From positions 60,884,001-60,948,000 of the forward strand of contig OZ024741.1 of assembly GCA_964016885.1 (NCBI GenBank): a stretch of 64,000 bases of DNA, given 5' to 3'. This stretch comes from Eledone cirrhosa (lineage: Eukaryota). Both the position numbers and the translations under genes were made by a program. Under the pieces are notes generated by a model that was not told the origin of the DNA, ran no database searches, and saw nothing but the letters and a program-made list of their open reading frames with translations. This document shows, piece by piece, positions 49,921 to 64,000 of the stretch (positions are counted from its first letter, which is position 1; every line of letters starts with the position of its first letter).

Positions 49921-50874
49921 TACTATTATTAAACGGGCCAGCTTTATCACAGTTTATCGTGCTGAATATCCCTGAGAATTATGATAAGCTTACACGCGTA
50001 TTTGAAATGCTCTCCCCCTTATATCATAATACAAGATGGACTGCGCTTGTAAATCAAAGGGACTGTCTTTTCACGAAGATCTACCTTTGTGTCATAAAGC
50101 AAGACACGTTTTTCCCGGTCCTCCAGTCCACACGACTGCCAAAGAAAAGAGTCTTACCTGTAGTTCAAAAGAACATTCTTGTCACACAATTTTAGGCTGA
50201 ATCTCCCTGAGAACTATGTGAAGGGTATTCGTAAAAAATGCTCACAAACAGATTAATTTCACGTGCAGATTTTTCCTTTGGTCGAACAACCAGAACATTC
50301 ATCGTGGAAACAGCTGGAGGACCAACCAATACCGTCATATTCTATTCATTGTCAGGCATTTTCGCCCGTCCCCAATGACAATGTCTTGTCAAGTGATGTT
50401 GATGTTGACTGCTAATGAATGAGAAGAAAATGATTTCAAATTTAAGAATCAATCGTAAAACTTTGCCACAATTATTCCTTTACACTCAACTCTACATTGT
50501 ACGACACTTTCAACAAAAACATTGCTAAAAATATGTGTAAATACAGACACACACATACGTCATACGTATATATATATATATATATATATATGTGTGGGGT
50601 GTATGTTTATATGTATGTGTATGTATATATGTGTGTGCATGTATGTATGTGTGTATGTGTATGTGTATATATATAAAGGTGTGTATGTATATGTGTATAT
50701 ATATATATCCAGTATATATATATATCCCAGTGCATTACTGGTATTTTATTTTATCGACCCGGTAAGTATGAAAGGCGAAGCTAACCTCAGCGGGATTTAA
50801 ACTCAGACCATAAAGGGATGTAACTCTATGCTTCAAAGCATGACGTCCGATCCTTTACCGATACTGCCAATCCA

Positions 50875-51480
50875 GAAGGATTCTAGAATACCAAAACAAC
50901 TCTTCTATGGAGAGTTGGTTAAAGGAAAACGACCGCCACATAAACCAAAAAAGAGGTATAAGGATTCCTTGAAGGCCTCTCTGAAAGACGCTAACATCTC
51001 TGCTGATACATGGGAAAATATTGCTGCTGATCGTAATAAATGGAGAAAGACTGTATATGAGGGAAAAGTTGCCTTTGAGGCATCTCGAATCGCACACGAG
51101 AAAGTAAAGCGGGACGTGAGGAAGGGTATTGCTGTTGCACTTCCAGACGGCGAGGGTCCTCCTATGTTTCTGACATGCAGCGTCTGTGCGAGACTCTGCC
51201 TAAGCAAAGCTGGACTCGAAAGTCATCTTCGCAGTCATAAAGTAAGACCAGTGGTTGACTACCAGGCTGCTGTTGGAGATGCTACTCATCATGCTTGCCA
51301 AACATGTGGTAGAGAATGTAAATCAGCAGGAGGACTCAAGCGACATGCAAAAGTACACGAACTCCAACCACAGCCGACTATTCCCAGTAAATGTTTTGGT
51401 TGCCGACTCTGTGCAAGACATTTTGGATCATTGGCTGGGCTAAAAAGCCACATTCGATCGCAGCACTGTTAGTTGCTATC

Positions 51481-51518
<38 letters not shown>

Positions 51519-51594
51519 GCTTATGTGCGTGCGTGTGTGTGTATATATATATGAATATGTATATTATTGTTGTTGTCGTTATTATTATTATTGC

Positions 51595-51634
<40 letters not shown>

Positions 51635-51683
51635 TTTTTTTTTTTTTTATTGTGCAATGGCCATACTCGATAACGAGGGGGCA

Positions 51684-51690
<7 letters not shown>
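50875..51690 (+). mobile_element. 5'-truncated RTE-like LINE with three C-terminal C2H2 fingers
   Basis: DSRIPKQLFYGEL..GKR..KRYKDSLK..WENIAADRNKWR; CSVC..HLRSH, CQTC..HAKVH, CRLC..HIRSQH; stop at 51472; 3' stem-loop at 51657-51690. Confidence 0.88.
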
Positions 51691-51741
<51 letters not shown>

Positions 51742-51886
51742 ATATATAAGTGTGTATGTGTATATGTATATATATGTGTGTATATGTATATATATATGTG
51801 TGTATATTTATATATCTGTATATATATATGTGTATATGTATATATATATGTGTGTATATTTATATATGTGTATATATATATATGAG

Positions 51887-51918
<32 letters not shown>

Positions 51919-52282
51919 TGTGTGTATATATATATGTGTGTATATATATATATGTGTATATGTATGTGTGTATGTATATATATATATATATTGTATGTAT
52001 ATGATATATATATATATATGTGTGTATGTATATGTGTATGTAAATATGTGTATGTATATGTGTCTATGTATATATGTATGTATATATGTGTATATATATC
52101 TGTGTGTGTATGTATATATATATATATGTGCATATATATGTGTGTGTATATGTATGTATATATGTGTATGTATATTTGTGTGTGTATGTATATACAAATA
52201 TACGTATATGTATATACAAACACACGTATATATATATATTTATATACCTGTGTATATATACATATGTATAAATATACATATT

Positions 52283-52318
<36 letters not shown>

Positions 52319-55300
52319 AATGATCGTGCCTGATAACCATATCGAATCAATAATTTTGGATGAACTGATCTGACAATATTTTATGATTACGTATCGATAG
52401 TTTATTGCCAGTTTCCGATAGACTGTCATTTTCCATAACTCAAAGGTTGCGTTCAGACACGTTAATATATTTAATAAGAAGGCTATTATTGTTGGATCTC
52501 CGTCTGTTCTTATGATGAATGCTCCAGTTGTTTGACTAGCTGAAAAGCCAGCTCGTGAAATTAAATAACAGGAGCTCAGCATTCTATTCATATTCACGTG
52601 TATCTTTAACATATTTCTCAGGGAGATTCAGCGTTACAATATTTGTCGTTCTTTGCCTTTTTTTAACTATAGCTACAGTAGATCTTACAGTGTAAGTTGC
52701 TCTGCATTCCATAAACACGAGCACACTTAGCTTTGATTTTTAGGGAGAGTCAGCGTTATACAATGACGGACAGGGCTGGCTTTTGAATTTCAAATACAAT
52801 TATTTTTTCCTGCATAGTGAACTGGATCAAGGTGAAATAAAGTGTCTTGCTGGCAGACACAATACTTCTTCAGGAATTGAATTCACGTCTTTACGAATTT
52901 GGAGGCGATAAAAAAACTGTATTTGAAAATCAGAACGTGTTCGAATCTCATCGAACAGTCAGCTGTTTCGGTTATACTTCTTATTTATTATGTATATCGC
53001 ATCTTTGCTTCAACAAGTGTGACAATTTTAAAGAGAATAAACGTAATTCTATTAAATTTAATAAACGATAAAACGAAATATATTGGTGGGGTTTCAAATC
53101 ATTTCCATGTCAAAATGTAGACTTCTCTTTTCATACACTTGTATACATTGATATATATACATTACCAAACACGCCTATACACGAGCAGAAACACCTCTCG
53201 AAGGGCGCTCTTATAGTTAGTTTTCCAAAATAATCCTCTTTTATACTCAGTAGAAAGGAAGGAGCCGATCGCCATGGCCAACCAAGGAAACGAAATTACA
53301 ACAGGTTTTTGCATTATATTATCTGTCGGAAGCAACTCCAGACAGAAGGAGATAGAGTTTGATATCAGAACCCATACAACCGAATCAGATACCCCAACGT
53401 ATCCCCGTGAGAATCCTTAATAATTCCGAAAAATCACTTTCTTCCATTGGTACTTTATTTACCGACCCCGAAGGATGAAAAGCGAAGTTGATGTCAATGG
53501 GATTTAAATCGAAAATACTGAGAATTGGAAGAAAGACCTATGCATATTATCAAATGCTTAATGAATCTGCCAATTTGGCTTCGTTATGTTAAATAATGCA
53601 TTGTAAAGTATTAATCATACCAAACAATGTTCTTCACAATATAATATGAAATTCACAGCAAAAGGTACAAGTTATTAAAACCACATATTAATGTGCATAG
53701 TAGAATTCAGTATTTAATAACCTTATATAACTACTCGCCGTGGAAAGCCCCCGTGTCCTCAGTCAACAGACTGCTGTTTTCCTTCACCAAATTCGGCCGA
53801 CGGCATTACGTCTGAAGGAGTTCAGCGACGTGGAATGTTTGATGTAACTGGTATCGCTGGTTGTTCTCCACAGCAATGCTTTCTCCAATACGAGATGCAA
53901 GATACCGTCCAGCCGAGGGAGTAGTTTTGTCACTCACCACTTCGCCTCCTCCTCCCCCTTTCTTCATTTTTTTATGTTTGTTTTTTTATTGTTTTATCAT
54001 TATTTAGACGCAGAATGGCCAAATGGTTTAGAAGTTAGCTTCACAGCCATTAGATCCCGGTTTCGATCATCACTGTGAGGTATCTTGAGCAAATCTCTTT
54101 CAGCATCGCTTCGAATCGACACATGGAAATGTATGAACGTCTGAAAGAGAAATCATATTATATTGTGAAGAACATTATTTGGGATGTATAGTTAACTTAG
54201 AATCTTGGCATGAATTAATATAGATAACGCCCTGCCCAAATTAATGCTTTGAATAAATCTATAATTTGAAAATGATAGAATAGAAAATGAAATGAAAAAT
54301 TAAAGCAAACAGCCTTTCTTTCGCCGATCGCAGCTTGAGGCGGACACCCCCCATTGCTCTCTTATTCCTCTTTTCTAGTGTTTCAACAACAGAGATTTGA
54401 TTCCTGTTGCGCGGTCAATACTTCTGGACCAGGTCTAGACATAGTCTTTCCCTCCTGCGAGAAACTATGTTGCGATATTATATTGCAAACGATTCAGATA
54501 ACGCTAAGTTCCTTCTTCTTAGTCTATTCCCTCTATCTTTCTATCCATCTCTCCGTCTTTCTCCACAAGTACTGCTCCATCGTTTTCGTCCCCATTTTCT
54601 TCTTCTCTTCTTCTTCCCTTCTCTCTCTCTATAACCCTATCATTTCTCACTTCATACTTTGATTCTCTTTCTCCTTCTCTCTCCCACTCTCCGTTCGATT
54701 TGTGGTTATATGTTAACCCCAACATTTTTTACTATGCAAATAGTATCCAGCTGTTCACGGCTACCTTACACGCTGAGAATACTCAAATTTTATGAATATT
54801 CACAGACCACACACACACACACATATATATATATGTGGGGGGGGGGATGATTTGTGTGTGTGTAGGGAAATACGTATACATTATCACTTGTACTAATTTG
54901 TAAATAAAGGGTTCATGTTGATAATTAAGATATCTGATAACGAATTTCCTTATGGCTGTTTAGATGACGTACATGCCAACTAGTATTGAACATTCTGTAA
55001 ATGTGTTTATCATATTTTCAATTTACAAGGTGATATGTATATTTGGCATATATATACATATCTATATACTAAAATGTCTAAAATCATATACACATTTATG
55101 AAGTCTCGGTTACATCTATTCTGTATACTTACAGATATATTAATTAGAGTATGTGTTAGCTTATCACATTTTAGTATACAGGGTAGAGCACTCGGCGAAG
55201 TACCATTTTGCGTGATGAACATTTACTCATTTGCATGCAGCAAATAAAAAGCATCCGCTGGAAATCATCATTTGCATATAGTGTGAAGTTGGTTGGTTAT

Positions 55301-56296
55301 AATTAATTGGGAGTTGACGTAAGGCTGCATTTAAGCCTAATAGGGGTGTATATGAAAGCATATATGAAACTATAGGTTTATATACAATAAACATATTAGT
55401 AGCGTCACTATCAAAAGAAAATATTGTTTCGCAACGAAAAATATTTTTTATCCGTGAACAGTGTCTGTAGCAGCCGTGAATACCAGGCAGCGCTGATTCA
55501 AGATTCATTAATCTTTCATCACAGCCATATCTTTCTCTCATTCCTCCCCCGATTTTGTTGCCTTGATATTTTATAACTCTATTTTCGTTGCAGCAGCTTC
55601 CAGTACTATCAGTGTTAGCGTTGTATAGATAAATGTAGTATCAGCAGAATTTAGTTACATAAGATGAAAGGACAACTGCATAAATCTGGTATTAGAACTG
55701 CAATACCACCTTAATGCGTAAATTTCCACTTCAGCAAGGTGGCTGATGAGGTAAAGAGGCAGTTTGTATTTTTACAACTGTGTGCACTTTATACACACAC
55801 ATATATATATATATATATATATTAAAAAAAGATTGGAGGTCATATTCAGTTGATGCAGATTTATTTAAATGTCTATTATGCATATTTCCCTGAGGCCTAT
55901 CAGTTAAGATAACTTGAGCTCTTCAGACGGCAAAACCTAAAATAAACATTGACAGTTCCTAACAAACCTTTAAATTTGGAAAAATTCAATAATTTAACCG
56001 TAAAAGATTTTCTTTTCATGATACAGGAGGCCGGCCGAATGCATGATATTGATCTTCAATGACCGACCCCTGTATCATATTTTTCTTTCTTTTATCAATC
56101 GACAAAATCTCAGACTTCATTGGCTAACCGCAGTGAGGTATAGCTCATCAAATCGGAACAAGGAAACAATGTTTCACTTGCTGATACTATCTACAGGTCG
56201 CAGCTTCTGGTAGAAAGAACAACGTGAAATAAAGGACACATTTCGCTATCCAGGAATCGAGCAAATCGAGTTTTTTAACCACTAAGCTACGTACCT

Positions 56297-56424
<128 letters not shown>

Positions 56425-56598
56425 AAGCTGAAATATCAAAGCAAACAATCCTAAAAATTGTTTAAGGAATTTAACCATGTACATGACATCCTAAACCATT
56501 GACCACTCCCGTGACAGACAAGAAAAAAAAAATGTTAGGATTGTTTTTTTGATATTTCTGCTTTCTTTGTTTTGACTGCATGCCCATATATGGACTGT

Positions 56599-56694
56599 AC
56601 TCCTTGATAAGTTCAGCAAGATTCCCGCCGTTCTAATACTACTGGCTTAATTCGGATCTAGCTTTCGAAACGGCCGGAGTTCAGCCGTCGGGGT
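56599..56694 (+). ncRNA. Hammerhead, U3-A8 core (diverged family B copy)
   Basis: actcc-TTGATAA-g..c-GAAA-cggc-cggagttca-gccg-TC-ggggt. Confidence 0.7.
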
Positions 56695-56791
56695 CCTGAG
56701 TCTTTTCCTATTAGCCATTCTACTACCCTAAATATCGAGTACTCTGGTGCGTTATGGTCCACCTGGTTTCTTACCACACTTTCTTTCATCA

Positions 56792-56843
56792 GGTTTTCCT
56801 GATGATTTCTCCCGAATGAAACAGTTCTAGTCCTGTAGAAACC
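56792..56843 (+). ncRNA. Type I hammerhead (family F)
   Basis: ggttttc-CTGATGA-t-ttc-tccc-gaa-t-GAAA-cag-ttctagtc-ctg-TA-gaaacc. Confidence 0.7.
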
Positions 56844-57492
56844 ATTTCTATATTAAATATTTATACTCTGCTCTGTATTGAGTACCTTACTTAACGTGGG
56901 TACCCCTGATTGAACCTGGGATAAACTTATATATATATATGATCAGTCTAGTTGTATGCATTAAATCTATTTGATGTGTATCATAAAATAAAATCCCGCC
57001 GAGGTTAACTTTGCCTTTTATCCTTACGGGGTCGATAAAATAAAGTACCAGTAATACACTGGGTAATTGCTGGCCTTGTGCCAAAAGTAGAAACAATTAT
57101 AAAATAGAGGGTCGGACGCCATGCTTTGAAGCATAGAGTTACCTCCCTTTATGATCTGAGTTCAAACCCGCCGAGGTTAACTTTGCCTTTCATCCTTACG
57201 GGGTCGATAAAATAAAGTACCAGTAATGCACTGAATAATTACTGGCCTGGTGCCAAAAGTAGAAACAATTATAAAATATATGAAAGAGATGTTAGAAATG
57301 TTATATACATTTACAAATATGTGTATAAATAATTCATTGTTTATATATCAATAAACATTGCACTCTCTCTTTATATGTAGGTATGTGCAGGTATGTATAT
57401 ATATGTACATAAAAAGAAGCACGTGTATGTGTACGTATATTTATATATGTATACATAAGCACGCACGCATTATATATATATATGTGTGTGGT

Positions 57493-57587
<95 letters not shown>

Positions 57588-58928
57588 TATTTAAGAATAG
57601 TATAATATTCTTTGTATGAAAGAAAATATTGAATTATATGACGTAGGAGATAGATTTAAAATTTAAGTTCGTTGCCAAACGAATCTTCCTCATTGGATTC
57701 AAAATAGATTGAATTAAATGTAGCGTATTTCGTTTGCTTGCCAATTTCTTCTGAATTCAATTTGGAAATGTTTGTTAAACTAAAATTATGTTTAAGCACA
57801 AAAAGTAGTAATATAATTTCACTGTAAATTTTTCTTCTTTATTCATTGTCCACCGCCGGTTAGGTTTTTCCATTTACCATTTCCTAAGAAACGATGAATT
57901 TCTATGACAATAAATAGAATAGTTTCGGTAACTCATTTCCTCATAATTTTCATTTTGTACACAGAACCAGTTTTAGAATTATATAGAGTTGTTGTTCCTG
58001 TTGGGTCGCCGTCGGTTCCAACAAGTGTTCCAGTTCCATGATCAAGGGAACATGCCCATGGTATGAACGTGTAAGTGGCTGAGCATTCAACAGACACATA
58101 TATTATGTAATTCGTAAGACGATTCAGCAAGTCACTGTGTAGGAAAAGACTAGGTCTTTGAATTACATATATAACTGTTTCCTTTCAGCTGAGTAGAGTA
58201 AAATGAAGTGTCTTGCTCAAGAACATAAGATGTAGCCAGGATTCGAATTCACGACCCAACCAATCTAAATACCAAGCAACGCGCCTTCACACATACAAAA
58301 ACACAAACACGCATACATCTCTATCTCTTCGTAACTAGTGTTTTTAGAGCATTCCCTGTGGTATCTCTTTAATGGTTAAGAGTTTAAATCTGATAGATGA
58401 TATCTCGATTGATTATGAATTGGCAGTATCGGTAGAGGGTCAGACGCCATGCTTTCTAGCATAGTTATGTCCCTTTATGATCTGAGTTCAAATCCTGCCG
58501 AGGTTAACTTTGCCTTTCATCCTTACGGGGTCGATAAAATAAAGTACCAGTAATGTACTGGGTAATTGCTGGCCTTGTGCCAAAAAGTAGAAACAATTAT
58601 ATATTTATCTATGGTTTATATAGAACACTTTTAGTGAAACAAACATTTCATATATAATCGAAATATTTTTCATGTGCTTTCATATCTCACAAGTAGTCAT
58701 CTTGTATCTGCTCGTCTGGTTACATCACATTCTTGCCTAAAACCATTCCAATAGTAATTACGATAAATCTTTAATTGAATTCTTTACAGGAGTAATGCTT
58801 TTTGCATGTTAATAACCATAGAGACTATGATACTTTCCTTTGCATTATTCCTAAAATATCAAATTCTATGTTATTGAATTAATTCAATTTTTTGTGCAAT
58901 TCAATATTTTATATAGTATTTTTTGCCT

Positions 58929-58995
<67 letters not shown>

Positions 58996-61405
58996 ATTTT
59001 TCAAGGCACAGTTCGAAAACGGCATTAATAAATATTAGATCGTTAATTATGAAACAATGTTCTATTATCCAAGATTCATGAAGATTGAATAGACATTTTC
59101 GTCACTGTATTCTTGAGATGAATACCCAACTTATTGCTCGAGGTCAGATCATTTTCAAATTAAAAATTCATTCACTACATTTTAGTTGAAATGAGATCTA
59201 CACCTCACAGCGATACAGGTTTAGTTAGTCTCCTACGAGGTTGCGTGTCAAAGGAAGTTTCTCGTGTGATTTGAAGAGAGAGGACCTAATCTTTTCACGA
59301 AAAACACCATGGAATGACGCTCAAGAACACTATGCGTCACTCCGTCCAAAACTCGAACTGATGACCTAATGATTTTGAGTCCTACACCCTAACCCCTATG
59401 TCACATACGCCTTCACATAGTAAGTTGATTAGCCTGAATAATATGGAAAATATCCTAAGCTTTTTTTTTATTTTATTTTATTTCATTTGTGAATGTATTT
59501 CTGAACCGGGCGGTTCGTTGTGTTCTTGTACTAGACCCTTGATTTCATGTTGATTTTCTAGATAGCAATGGGGCTTCTATCATTAAAACACACGAAAAGC
59601 CTCCTATGAAATACACCCTCATAAGGAAGCCTGTTAAATGTGCATAGCTCTGAGCTGTAAGTTAGAATTCGTTTAAACATAATTCTTGATTTCAACTAGG
59701 ACTAAACAGTTCATAGCCAGTAAGCTTGAAGGCTAGCTGTTGGGATTTTACTAATCATTATATATATATATATAAAGAGAGAGAGAGAGAAAGAGAGAGA
59801 GAGAAAGAGAGTTTGCTTGAAGCATTGTAGTATATAGTGTTTCCTTTTTCAGAGGGATACATCAATGCGAATATGAGATTAAATGTTAAAAATAACGATT
59901 ACAAGATTGTTAGAATGCTACTCTGGAGGCACTTGTTTAGTCCTTAATATTTCGGGATAAAAATTCTTTTTGTCAAAAGAAAGATTACGAATGCTAAGGA
60001 TAAACTTGCTATCATCTCATACTGGTGTTTCTGACTCTAAAAGTGCCGGGATCCCGTTTGTATATGCGTATGTGAGTTTCTTTTATTCGTTTGTTTATTT
60101 CCTACCCTTTGCAATAGCAGTGTCGTGAATAGATTAGTGGAGTTATAGTTATTTTTCATTGTGGCAGCAGTAGTGGTGTGAAAACCGACAAACTAGTACT
60201 TGGTCCATTGAAAAGCTGCAGTGAGAGACTGCATTGCGTCTCGAACACAATAAACAAAAACTATGGAATGAAAACTTTAATTGCGGAACTCTATTGTCCC
60301 TACACCCTTTTACAAAATAATCAAAAATTAAGAAAGAAAACGGAAAAGCGAGGACTATGTCATCGAATCATCACATTCATTGGTGCGCCTCCCATCCACT
60401 CGCGGTATACCGGAGGATTACAGAAGACATATTTCAGTTATAACTTTTCACTCTGCGAATCATCATCCAGTGGTGCGCCTCCCACCTTCTATACCGGAGA
60501 ATGAAAATAGAAATAGATTTTTTGTAAAAACCACTTTTTTCTCAAAGAGGTCATAAATCAACTCATTTGTATTTCAGAGCTGTAAAGGAAATGATTTCAA
60601 CTATAATATATCGTAACTGAATAAAATAAATAAAATAATACTCTGCCAATGTCACCAATAATTTATATGCTATAACATAAAATACTTTTTCTACGGAAAC
60701 TGTCACACATATATTTTTAGAAATCACTCTGAAAGAGGAAAACTGAAAACATAGAAGGCTTTAACAAACATTTTTCGTGAACGTTTTCTGTGCCAGAGCT
60801 CACCATCGAAACTTTGTTTTTTAACTTTTAACATCAAATGTTTATAGTATGGAAATATCGTTGTGGAAATTTGTAACGTTACACTAAAATAATTACTTTT
60901 AATGGGATGTAGTTATAGTGGTGTCTTGTATTATTCAAGAATGCCTTGCTAAAGATGTTTCAAAACCATCATATCTTAGGACTAAATATTCTTTTCCAAA
61001 CAAAATACGATTCAGTATTCACTATCTTATCGATATGTCTATGACCCTAATAAAAATACTGTACTGATGTAATTAGTTTTCTTTCTCAAATACCCATTTC
61101 AGTTATACGCACACACACCGTTGTAATTTAGGGGAATGGTCGTGGTGTCATGAAAACACATGCTCTAGCTGAGTTTCACTTCGGTTATAATTAGTCAGCT
61201 AACTAATCCATACATTAGTGAGTTTAGCAAGGTTACTTTCAAAACATATTTCATCGCACATTCTGTCTTTCTTGATGTCATTTTGGCTTTTTGTGTACCC
61301 TTCTCATTTTAATGTTACTCGAGTTATTTCCAATTTTTCAACAAACAATTTCACTTCAATAATCTTAGCAAAATATATACAAAATCAATATATATATATA
61401 TATAT

Positions 61406-61620
61406 AAATTCAGCGAGAATCGTATTTCGGCGGGTAGAAAAAGGGAAACGTAACGCAAATTCCGAGTCATGCTGGCAAGCGCTCCATGGGCTAAAAAAGA
61501 CCAGAGGAATAAACAGAGGTTATAAAGGCCATACAAACTGAGAAGGCGGTCAAGAAGCCATAAACCACCTAAACCAAAAAACAAGTCAAGCTAAACAGGT
61601 CAGACAAAATAAATGACATA

Positions 61621-61676
<56 letters not shown>

Positions 61677-62115
61677 TATACATATATATATAACAAACCT
61701 GGACCCTTGGAATTGATGGTAAAATCCAGTACAGTGTTTCTGTGACACCTAAATCAATAATACTATATGCTTAAAACAATAAGCTTTTGGTGTAATGATC
61801 GAACGAGGAATATCACGTTATCAACAGGTATTTTGTTCTGGGCCAGTGTTGTGGATGACACAGTGTTTTGTAAAAGCACATGCGTAACTCACAGGGGAAA
61901 AACCCCAGATTTTGGCAAATGAATTCAGTATGCGTAAATCCATGCAAAAAATTGCATAAATAGCACAAATCGAATAAGCTCTCGACCGAGTAGTCTTTAA
62001 AATAAACTTATACAATTAATCTGTCAATAGAATTATTAACAGGTTAATTGTAAGACTCGGGAGATTGATACAAGTATAAATTCAGCGAGAATCGCATTTC
62101 GGCGGGTAGAAAAAG
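61406..62115 (-). mobile_element. Diverged family D copy with ~38-bp terminal redundancy and an internal TA tract
   Basis: AAATTCAGCGAGAATCGYATTTCGGCGGGTAGAAAAAG at 61406 and 62078; HHR at 61697-61829 (-). Confidence 0.8.
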
Positions 62116-62174
62116 CGATATATATATATATACATAAAGAAAAAGACAATTTCGCTTTACATGGCTGAATACAA

Positions 62175-62380
62175 TAAATATAATCTGAGTTTTTCGAATA
62201 TTAATAATAGCATTCGATTCATTTGCAATTATGCAAACAACCCTCAATTTTATAGCCATGGCCAACATACGAGCAAGAATGAAGTGTTCATTCTACTGAC
62301 ATGGCTATAAAATTGAGGCTTGTTTGCATAATTGCAAACGAATCGAATGTTATTATTAATATTCGAAAAACTCAGATTAC

Positions 62381-62385
<5 letters not shown>
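62175..62385. repeat. Inverted repeat (~86-bp arms, ~40-bp spacer) between TA tracts
   Basis: 62175-62260 versus 62300-62385. Confidence 0.8.
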
Positions 62386-62417
<32 letters not shown>

Positions 62418-62461
62418 AGTAAACCAATTACGAGGACGCACGTTTCACCTTGCGGACAACT

Positions 62462-62827
62462 TCTATATATATACTAAAACACACGCGACCCGTTGTGTCA
62501 CATTCACTTAAAAATATATTTTAAAATTATGTTCACTTAAAAATAATGTTTAATCAATTAAAATATACACAGACATGTCTCTCTTTCAAACTACTCTCTC
62601 ACAACCACTATCTCTTTCTTTCTAACTTTCTCTCTATTTATGAAGATACCCGGAAAAACCCCGTATCTCGGGATCCCGTGCTCCGATTTACGTGAAACTT
62701 ATTTTATTCCATTTGTATTCCCATTTCAGAGGCAACTTCCTTTCAAGGTTTTTTCCCATTATGCGCCGTTTTGGCTGTATTAAATTACAGACAAGACGCA
62801 ATCACAGAGTTTTAGTAGTATATAGAT
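62462..62827. mobile_element. Possible MITE or Helentron-associated element
   Basis: TCTATATATATACTAAAAC ... GTTTTAGTAGTATATAGA, imperfect terminal inverted repeat. Confidence 0.35.
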
Positions 62828-62995
62828 ATATTGTTGGTTATATTTTCGCAGTTAGTATATAAATCTCTTAAATTCATGTTACATTTATTATTTATTTCTT
62901 CGTATCAAATTTGTTGTCGGATTGTTTACATTGGAACAGTTTACAGCGAAAATATTGACAGCTAAATAAGTAATAGATGTAAAGTTAATTTAACG

Positions 62996-63070
<75 letters not shown>

Positions 63071-63490
63071 GGGGTGTTTGAGTGTTTAGTCTAAAATGAA
63101 TTTTTCCATATATTTCAGATAAAGCCATTTGCCAAGAAAGTAAAAGTCTGATCTTTTACTTTTATACATAATTTTCTGAAGTAACAACGAAACATTAAAA
63201 TATACGACTTCTTTTACATTATATATTGTTTAGATTAAAAAGTATTGTATGTAACAAACATTGTCACAGAAGATAATGGTATGAAACTTGTTTAATTTTA
63301 GATATATCTAAATATAGAAACAATGGAGGGAAATGTAATTGAACCCTCAATCTACACAAAGTAATACAACGTGGCCAATATTGAATGGAAGACGAGAAAC
63401 ATAATTTTGCGTGATACTCTCAGAAGTAATAACACTGTGGTTAATTAGTTATAGATGACTGAGTGCCATATTACATTAAATGGCTATGTG

Positions 63491-63605
<115 letters not shown>

Positions 63606-63762
63606 TATGTATGTATAGAGAGAGAGGGGAAAGGGGGGAGAGTACTATTACATATAGGTGAAAACTGATTATATTAAAAATAAGTAAGCATTGATGAAGC
63701 CAAAAATGAAGAGTGAAATATCATAGCCAGATGAAAATCAATTTTGTATGCATAGAATTAAT

Positions 63763-63793
<31 letters not shown>

Positions 63794-63855
63794 ATACAGG
63801 TGTATATATGTGTATGTATATATGTATATGTATATGCATGTGTATATGTATGTGC

Positions 63856-63921
<66 letters not shown>

Positions 63922-63928
63922 ATATATT

Positions 63929-64000
<72 letters not shown>

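Noticed and set aside
50828-51472. Host C2H2 zinc-finger gene
   Set aside because: The N-terminus comes from an inverted SINE and the rest is a LINE C-terminus.
55743-55760. Isolated CTGATGA (also a GAAACCGGTC half-motif at 46247 and CTGAGGA motifs at 8136-8180 and ~35730)
   Set aside because: No complete three-stem hammerhead can be folded.
57933-58130. ORF sharing TDGDPT with the ORF at 52064-52612
   Set aside because: Both are translations of the same SINE tail.

Overview
AT-rich animal genomic DNA, most likely a coleoid cephalopod (Octopus-like, inferred from the SINE types and extreme (TA)n content), with one 200-N assembly gap. I found no supportable host gene; the many YIYIY ORFs are microsatellite translations. 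Positions ~1.6-48 kb are a mosaic of (TA)n tracts separated by retroelements: Penelope-like elements (PLEs; RT plus GIY-YIG; Naiad, Neptune and a third lineage), several with inverted pseudo-LTRs, RTE-clade LINEs, and many short non-coding inserts. The rest is mostly tRNA-derived SINEs. The main signal is in the short inserts. About 20 hammerhead-ribozyme (HHR) motifs can be folded by eye, many with a compensatory U3-A8 core (TTGANAA instead of CTGANGA). Several inserts are terminally redundant 440-610 nt monomers or fold-back palindromes. The best candidate for an undescribed system is a ~600-nt retrozyme-like family (3 diverged copies) with a large covarying U3-A8 hammerhead, one fixed junction to (TA)n, and more than one unit copied, consistent with a circular or tandem RNA mobilised by PLE enzymes. 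All structures were read manually; ribozyme activity and novelty are untested.
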